NCBI GenBank assembly: GCA_022627495.1
Contig: JAKEGJ010000016.1
Span: 16,995 to 80,994, forward strand
Length of the DNA: 64,000 nt
Reading direction: 5' to 3'
Source of the DNA: Candidatus Micrarchaeota archaeon
GTDB taxonomy: Archaea > Micrarchaeota > Micrarchaeia > Anstonellales > Bilamarchaeaceae
Made by a program: the position numbers and the translations under genes. Within the stretch, counting starts at the first letter, position 1. Each line of letters opens with the position of its first letter. A model generated the notes under the pieces. It searched no databases and had not been told where the DNA came from. It saw only the letters and a program-made list of their open reading frames with translations. Positions 58,438-64,000 of this stretch are shown piece after piece.

Positions 58438-60480
58438 ATGAAAGTCAAATCCACCGCAGAGGTAGCAGTCCCCGAGCGCATAATCGACCAGATAATAGGG
58501 CAGGATGCGGCCGTCGGCATCATCAAGAAGGCCGCGAAGCAGAAGCGCAACGTCCTGCTGATAGGCCCGCCGGGCACGGGCAAAAGCATGATGGCCCAGG
58601 CAATGGCGGAACTGATGCAGGTGGAGGAGCTAGAAGACGTCCTCGTGTACCCGAACCCGAACAACGAGAACATGCCCATGGTCCGCGTGATGAAGACGCA
58701 TCCCGATTACGAATACATAAAGAAGAACCGCCTGGAGCGGTATTTCTCACCCAAGGAGCTCGAGAAGATAAGGAAGATGGGCGCCGAGACGAAGGGTGCT
58801 CCCCCCGAGCGTGCGGGCGAGAAGGAAGCGTTGCCGGCCGCCGCCGGGCGCATGTCGCTTGCCAGGCAGCTGCGTATCGGACTTGGGCGGAGGATATCCA
58901 CGTTCCAGAAACCCCGCGACGAAGGGGCGAAGGGGCCGCCAGCCTCGCTGATAATCGCCATCGCAGGCATAGTAATCCTCGCAGTGATACTCTCGACCGA
59001 GGTCCCGGAAAACATCAAGCTGCTCGCGGTCGTGACCATCCTGGGCCTGGGCCTCCTCTTCATCATATCGAGCGCGACATCCGGCCTGGGGAAGCGCCTC
59101 ATGATAACCGAACAGACGAGCCCGAAACTCATCGTGGACAACAGCGAGCGCTTCACGGCGCCGTTCATCGACGCCACCGGCTCGCGCGCGGGCTCGCTCC
59201 TTGGCGATATTAAACATGATCCGCTTCAAAGCGGCGGCCTCGGCACGCCCGCGCACCTGCGCGTCGAGGCGGGCGCAATCCACCAGGCGAACCGGGGCGT
59301 TTTATTCATAGACGAGATAGCGTCATTGAAGCTGAACTGGCAGCAGGAGATACTCACCGCGATGCAGGAGAAGAGGTACCCGATTACCGGGCAGAGCGAG
59401 ATGTCGTCCGGCGCTTTGGTTAAGACTCAGCCCGTCCCGACCGATTTCGTGCTCGTGGCCGCGGGCAACCTGCCAGACATGGCGCACATCCACCCCGCCC
59501 TGCGCTCGAGAATCCGCGGCGGCGGCTATGAGATTTACGTGGAAGACTCGATGGACGACACGCCTGAAACCGAGGAGAAGCTGGTGCGCTTCATCGCGCA
59601 GGAAGTTAAGCGCGACGGGAAAATCCCGCAGTTCGATTCCGAGGCCGTCGCCGAGATTATCGAGGAGGCGCGCAGGATGTCCGGGCGCAGGAAGAAATTC
59701 ACGCTGAACCTGCGCGAACTTGGCGGCCTGGTCCGGGCCGCAGGCGACATGGCGCGCGAGAAGGGCCGGCCGCTCGTCATAAAAGACGACGTCCTGGAGG
59801 CCAGGAAGGTCTTCAAGTCCATCGAGAGCCAGCTGGGCGCGAAAATCATCGAGCACAAAAAAGAATACCAGACGATAGTCATTAGCGGCGCGGAAGTGGG
59901 CCGCGTGAACGGGCTTGCGGTCCTTGGCGATTCAAGGGCGGGCCTCGTCCTGCCGATTGTCGCAGAGGCTACGCCTTCGGCATCCAAAAGCGAAGGCAAG
60001 GTGATTGCGACAGGGAAGCTCGGCCAGATAGCGAAGGAGGCGGTCGACAACGTGTCCGCCATATTCAAGAAATACATCGGGACGGCGATCGCCCGCACCG
60101 ACCTGCACATCCAGTTCCTCCAGACCTACGAAGGCGTGGAGGGGGACAGCGCGTCAATCTCCACTGCGGTCGCCGTCATCTCCGCCCTCTCCAACATACC
60201 GGTGAGGCAGGATGTGGCGATGACCGGCTCGCTCGATGTGCGGGGCCGCGTGCTTCCCGTGGGGGGGATAAACGGCAAACTGGAGGCCGCAATCGATTCG
60301 GGCATAAAGAAAGCGCTTATTCCGAAAGCGAACGGGCGGGACGTCTACCTTCCCAAGGAAAGGGCGGGCATGATAGAAATCGTCCAGGTCAACGACATCG
60401 TGGAGGTCCTCGAGCACGTGCTTTCCGAGGGCAAGGCGAAGAAAGAGCTGCTCCGGAAGATGAAGACGCAGGCGGACTAG
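58438..60480 (+). CDS. lonB: Archaeal membrane-bound Lon protease (LonB)
   Basis: AAA+ Walker [13 protein letters not shown], two TMs inserted in the ATPase domain, and an S16 domain ([17 protein letters not shown] ... MTGSL). Confidence 0.9.
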   Translation: MKVKSTAEVAVPERIIDQIIGQDAAVGIIKKAAKQKRNVLLIGPPGTGKSMMAQAMAELMQVEELEDVLVYPNPNNENMPMVRVMKTHPDYEYIKKNRLERYFSPKELEKIRKMGAETKGAPPERAGEKEALPAAAGRMSLARQLRIGLGRRISTFQKPRDEGAKGPPASLIIAIAGIVILAVILSTEVPENIKLLAVVTILGLGLLFIISSATSGLGKRLMITEQTSPKLIVDNSERFTAPFIDATGSRAGSLLGDIKHDPLQSGGLGTPAHLRVEAGAIHQANRGVLFIDEIASLKLNWQQEILTAMQEKRYPITGQSEMSSGALVKTQPVPTDFVLVAAGNLPDMAHIHPALRSRIRGGGYEIYVEDSMDDTPETEEKLVRFIAQEVKRDGKIPQFDSEAVAEIIEEARRMSGRRKKFTLNLRELGGLVRAAGDMAREKGRPLVIKDDVLEARKVFKSIESQLGAKIIEHKKEYQTIVISGAEVGRVNGLAVLGDSRAGLVLPIVAEATPSASKSEGKVIATGKLGQIAKEAVDNVSAIFKKYIGTAIARTDLHIQFLQTYEGVEGDSASISTAVAVISALSNIPVRQDVAMTGSLDVRGRVLPVGGINGKLEAAIDSGIKKALIPKANGRDVYLPKERAGMIEIVQVNDIVEVLEHVLSEGKAKKELLRKMKTQAD

Positions 60481-60494
60481 CGATTTCCTTTTTC

Positions 60495-61736
60495 TCAATC
60501 GTTTGACTTGAGAACCACGTTGTCCTCGACGGAGCTCACGGCCGACATCGGTATCGCGTACCTCTTGTCGAATATCGTCTGGATGATTATCTTGCCGTGC
60601 CGGGCGTCGATGCCGACAATCTTGCCCAAATAAGTGCCGCGCTCGGATATCGCCTCCTTGCCATCGATTTTCATCTCGAGGAGCACCTCTTTGCGGTACC
60701 AGTTGATGAGCGAGGTGGCCGCATAACCGAGGACGAGGGAAAGGGCGATTGTGACAAGGAACGTGCCGAAATCCACATACGGCTCGTTCATGTTCACTAT
60801 CCAGTTGCTGCCCACGAGGACGACCAGCGTGGTCAGGCCGGCCGCCGCAGAATAAAGCATGTACTTGGTTATCCGGTATTTCTTCCTCTCCATGAGGGCG
60901 TCTATGCTTTTGCCGGCCATAATGAGTATGAGGGCGGTGAAGGCTATCCAGCTGATGCTCCCTCCAACGAGCGCGATCAGCTTGTCGTTGGGAAGCCCGA
61001 GGGCGATGCCCTTCTGGAGCGTCTGGTACGCCACGAATATGCCTATCACGAACACCGTTACGCCGCCTATATACCCAATCCAGCTCGTGCGCTCGAAGGA
61101 GAAGCGGAAATCCTTTATCACGTCCAGGAACCAGTCCTCCACGCCATACACGCGCAGGAGGGCGTACACGGCGACGGCGATTACCATCGGCAGCCATCCC
61201 AGGCCGAGGTATATTGATACCGCGGTCAGGAGCAGGAGGAGGGCGGGTATCCCGATTATCGTCTTTGCGAAATGCGGGTCGCGCAATTTTTCGAGGAGCA
61301 CGAAATACGTCTTTTCCAGCTCCTTCGCCTGCTTGATGAACACTATCTTCGTGGAGTCCACCTTCAGGCGGGACTTGATGATGGGGAGTATCTCCTCGTC
61401 CGATGCGCCGTCCGAGACAATCACGCACGAGGACGGGTTGATTTCGGTGATTATCTTGTCCAGCTGAGAGCTGATTTCCTTGTCCGCGCGGTATCCCAGC
61501 TTCTTGTCGCCTGTCAGCGTGACGACCTCCGCGTTATTGCCGTCCCCCCTCATCTGGTCCAGTAACCTGACCGCGTAGAATATGGCGTTCGAGTCCGGGT
61601 CCTCGGGGTCTGCGAGCGCCAGCGAGACGGCTCCCTGGAGGTTCCTTTCCCTTCCGATAAGGGGCCCGCTGACCTTGCCTTTTTCGAACAGGTCGTTGTC
61701 GCGGTCGATGCACAGAACCAAGATGGGCCTTTTCAT
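60495..61736 (-). CDS. DUF373-family archaeal membrane protein with C-terminal PRC-barrel-like domain
   Basis: ILVLCIDRDNDL...ADPEDPDSNAI...VSDGASDEEILPII, then multiple TMs, then GTYLGKIVGIDARHGKIIIQ. Confidence 0.7.
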   Translation of the reverse strand: MKRPILVLCIDRDNDLFEKGKVSGPLIGRERNLQGAVSLALADPEDPDSNAIFYAVRLLDQMRGDGNNAEVVTLTGDKKLGYRADKEISSQLDKIITEINPSSCVIVSDGASDEEILPIIKSRLKVDSTKIVFIKQAKELEKTYFVLLEKLRDPHFAKTIIGIPALLLLLTAVSIYLGLGWLPMVIAVAVYALLRVYGVEDWFLDVIKDFRFSFERTSWIGYIGGVTVFVIGIFVAYQTLQKGIALGLPNDKLIALVGGSISWIAFTALILIMAGKSIDALMERKKYRITKYMLYSAAAGLTTLVVLVGSNWIVNMNEPYVDFGTFLVTIALSLVLGYAATSLINWYRKEVLLEMKIDGKEAISERGTYLGKIVGIDARHGKIIIQTIFDKRYAIPMSAVSSVEDNVVLKSND

Positions 61737-61839
61737 CGGATATCACAGGTATCGGATTATAGGGGAGAAAGGCATTATTCATCTTTAAAAACTCTTCCTT
61801 TTCAATAGTTAATCCTCTTTAATCCCCAGAGGAATTTCC

Positions 61840-62565
61840 ATGGATAAGAAGCTAGTCCTGCCTGGAGACCATCTCTCGAGCGCCGAGGAGGCCGAGCCGG
61901 GCGAGAACACCTATTCGGAGAATGACGAGGTATACTCCGCCGGCGCAGGCGAAAACATGAGCGTTCCGGGCCGCGCCGAGGTCCGTTCACGTGGGAGGAC
62001 GCTGAAGCAGCCCCACCTGGGCATGCCAGTATACTGCGTCATCATCAAGGCGAGCCTGAACAAGGCCATAGGAGGGTGCATCCCTGCCGAGGAAGCCGAA
62101 GGCGGCTCCCGCGGAGTCGAGTTCGAGGCGGTCCTGCCCGTGACGGCGATACGCACGGGCTACGTGCGGGATTTGCGCGACGAAGTCAAGATAGGCGACA
62201 TAATCCGGGCCAAGGTCCAGAAAATTGACCGGGCCGGATTCGACATAACGATGTTCGGCCATGACTGCGGCGTCATAGCGGCCTTCTGCCCGAAGTGCAG
62301 GAGCCGGATGAATCTGCAGGAGCGGATATTCATCTGCCCGCAATGCTTCTGGAAGGAGAGGCGCAAGCTTCCGCTCAAAGAGGGAGAGGCCCCCCCGCCT
62401 GAAGAGGAGCGCCGCGAGCGCTACCCCCGGAGGGAATTCCGCGGCGGAGAGCGCGGCGGCGACCGTGGCGGGAGGCGCTTCGGCAGGAGCCCTGACCGCG
62501 GCGGGGACAGGAGGCGCGGGTTCGGCCGCAGGCCCGGCCCCGGCGGAAGGGAAGGTTCATCCTGA
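61840..62565 (+). CDS. csl4: Exosome subunit Csl4 (S1 + zinc ribbon) with RGG-rich C-terminal tail
   Basis: LVLPGDHL, IGDIIRAKVQKID and the ribbon CPKCRSRM...CPQC. The tail is RREFRGGERGGDRGGRRFGRSPDRGGDRRRGFGRRPGPGGREG. Confidence 0.8.
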   Translation: MDKKLVLPGDHLSSAEEAEPGENTYSENDEVYSAGAGENMSVPGRAEVRSRGRTLKQPHLGMPVYCVIIKASLNKAIGGCIPAEEAEGGSRGVEFEAVLPVTAIRTGYVRDLRDEVKIGDIIRAKVQKIDRAGFDITMFGHDCGVIAAFCPKCRSRMNLQERIFICPQCFWKERRKLPLKEGEAPPPEEERRERYPRREFRGGERGGDRGGRRFGRSPDRGGDRRRGFGRRPGPGGREGSS

Positions 62566-62671
62566 TTCAATCCATATCAGCGTCAATGACTTGGCATAGG
62601 AGGGTTTTGATCGGAGCAATGGCCGAGATGGGGATAAAAAACCCTACTTGGTAATATCGGAGAGGGTTTTT

Positions 62672-62947
62672 ATGGAAGTGAAAATACTTACGAACGAGAA
62701 AAACGTGCTGGAAATGGAGCTTCGGGGGGCAGACTCGGCCCTGGCCCAGCTTCTCGCAGAAAAGCTTGGCGAGGACAAGGACGTGGAATTCGCCTCATCG
62801 AAGGTCGAGCACCCCCTTGTCGGAGAGCCGAAGCTGTACATCCGCACGAAGAAGGGCGAGCCGGCCAAGCTCGTCCTGGAGAAGCTCGAAGAGGTCAAGA
62901 AGGAAGTCACAGATTTCCGGGCGCAGTTCAAGGACATCGTGAAATGA
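62672..62947 (+). CDS. rpoL: DNA-directed RNA polymerase subunit L (Rpb11 homologue)
   Basis: MEVKILTNEKNVLEMELRGADSALAQLLAEKL...VEFASSKVEHPLVGEPKLYIRT. It shows the conserved csl4-rpoL adjacency. Confidence 0.75.
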   Translation: MEVKILTNEKNVLEMELRGADSALAQLLAEKLGEDKDVEFASSKVEHPLVGEPKLYIRTKKGEPAKLVLEKLEEVKKEVTDFRAQFKDIVK

Positions 62948-63948
62948 TGGGCGAAGACTTTGTGGAGCGGCTTAAATCCGGCCGCGTCCAGGCCGTAATA
63001 CTGCTAGGCACGCTCGCCCTTGCGCTTATTTCGAACATGCTCTTCGGAGCGCCCGAATCCGCGCTTAATTTCCTGACGCTCCTATTCGGCGGGCTCGTTG
63101 CCTTCGAAATCGTCTATTTCGTGACCCTCGAAGTCAAGGAAGGCGCGAAAAACCACGGCTGGAAGCACGAGGCGCTGGACACGGTCGTGGCGCTCCTAGT
63201 CGCCCTGGGCATCTGGTTCGGGGCGTCGTTCCTCCTCAACACCAGCTCGCCCCTTTCAGCGGTCGTCTCCTGCAGCATGCTCCCCAACCTCCAGCGGGGG
63301 GATTTCGTGCTGGTTCAGGGCGCGCCCGTGCGCGCATATGACATCAGCATGACGCAGGCCGAGATGGAATCCCTAAACGGCCGCGCGGAAATCGGATACC
63401 CGGGGGGCAACGCGAGCATCGACGGCTCCCTATTCCCGTATTGCGTGGCCAATTCGTACTCGGAGATGTGCCGCGCTTTCATCGACTCGCCGGATGCTTT
63501 CGTGGAGAAAAAGGGCGCATTCACATACACGTACGAGCGCTGCGATTTGATATTGCGCAACGGCACGCTGGCGCACATGCCATGCCTGAAGGCCGTTTCA
63601 TTCAAAGGGACGGACTACCTCGCCAACTTCTCAAACGACATCATCGTCTACCAGCCGCCCGCAGGCGACTACTACGCGCGCATCGGCGACATCGTTCACC
63701 GGGCGATGTTCCGGATTGACGTGGACGGAAAATACTATTACATAACGCGCGGGGACAACAACCCCATCTTAGATTCGCAGTCTTACGAATTCGGAACCGG
63801 GATGATGAACCGCCCGATTCCGCACCAGAACCTGCGCGGGAAGGTCATAAGCCGCATACCCATCCTGGGATATTTCAAGCTGTTCATACAGGGCTATTTC
63901 CAGGAGGACTCCCAGTGCAGGACGCAGCTCGAATTCACGCACGCCTGA
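62944..63948 (+). CDS. Signal peptidase I (S26B/Sec11-type) with extended insertion
   Basis: Three N-terminal TMs, a catalytic Ser box (VVSCSMLPNLQRGDFVLV) and ITRGDNNPILD. Confidence 0.75.
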   Translation: MMGEDFVERLKSGRVQAVILLGTLALALISNMLFGAPESALNFLTLLFGGLVAFEIVYFVTLEVKEGAKNHGWKHEALDTVVALLVALGIWFGASFLLNTSSPLSAVVSCSMLPNLQRGDFVLVQGAPVRAYDISMTQAEMESLNGRAEIGYPGGNASIDGSLFPYCVANSYSEMCRAFIDSPDAFVEKKGAFTYTYERCDLILRNGTLAHMPCLKAVSFKGTDYLANFSNDIIVYQPPAGDYYARIGDIVHRAMFRIDVDGKYYYITRGDNNPILDSQSYEFGTGMMNRPIPHQNLRGKVISRIPILGYFKLFIQGYFQEDSQCRTQLEFTHA

Positions 63949-64000
63949 ATGGGCTTAGGGAATGCGGGGTCAGCCATAGTGCGACCCGCCGAACTCGCTC

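Noticed and set aside
60154-61428. 424-aa minus-strand ORF
   Set aside because: It is in a different frame from the DUF373 membrane-protein gene on the same strand and overlaps the lonB 3' end in antisense. Its Arg/Gly/His/Pro-rich composition is that of a shadow ORF.
1-64000. Search for a mobile-element or defence explanation of the 19-36 kb cluster and the low-GC island (integrase, transposase, Cas, toxin-antitoxin, restriction enzymes)
   Set aside because: No such signatures were recognisable in any frame. Only a direct repeat around the giant gene and a compositional shift at 49-51 kb were found, and both are reported as findings.

Overview
This is a GC-rich, gene-dense archaeal chromosomal window. 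Archaeal hallmarks include the exosome genes rrp4-rrp41-rrp42 and csl4, plus rpl37ae, rpoL, Pcc1, prefoldin beta, Elp3, the EndA splicing endonuclease, membrane LonB, HerA, Pop5 and SBDS. I saw no rRNA, CRISPR array, transposase or integrase. Two class-II tRNA genes carry unusually long introns, and tRNA-Leu probably has a second one. Together with small or degenerate housekeeping proteins (a Cys-less RpoP-like peptide, a half-length Brix protein), this suggests a reduced, possibly DPANN-like lineage; that is inference only. The stand-out region is 19.1-36.1 kb. It holds a nine-gene, translationally coupled minus-strand operon with six tandem paralogous polytopic membrane proteins sharing signatures I do not recognise. 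One paralogue carries a ~370-aa Cys-rich ectodomain insertion. They are followed by a 1355-aa Cys-rich lipoprotein, a multi-zinc-ribbon protein and a GNAT-like protein. A divergent 1399-aa type-I membrane protein has a Cys-rich ectodomain and a ~1190-aa Cys-free tail. Its promoter and first ~33 codons are duplicated right after its stop codon. I propose this as a candidate undescribed envelope or cell-contact apparatus. Other points of interest: a 46-nt promoter/leader cassette present in three copies with identical spacing, a low-GC insertion splitting the SBDS-rrp4 superoperon, a lytic-transglycosylase-like lipoprotein, and a DsbA-like oxidoreductase next to another Cys-rich surface protein. 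All functional calls come from motif recognition by eye; no database search was run.
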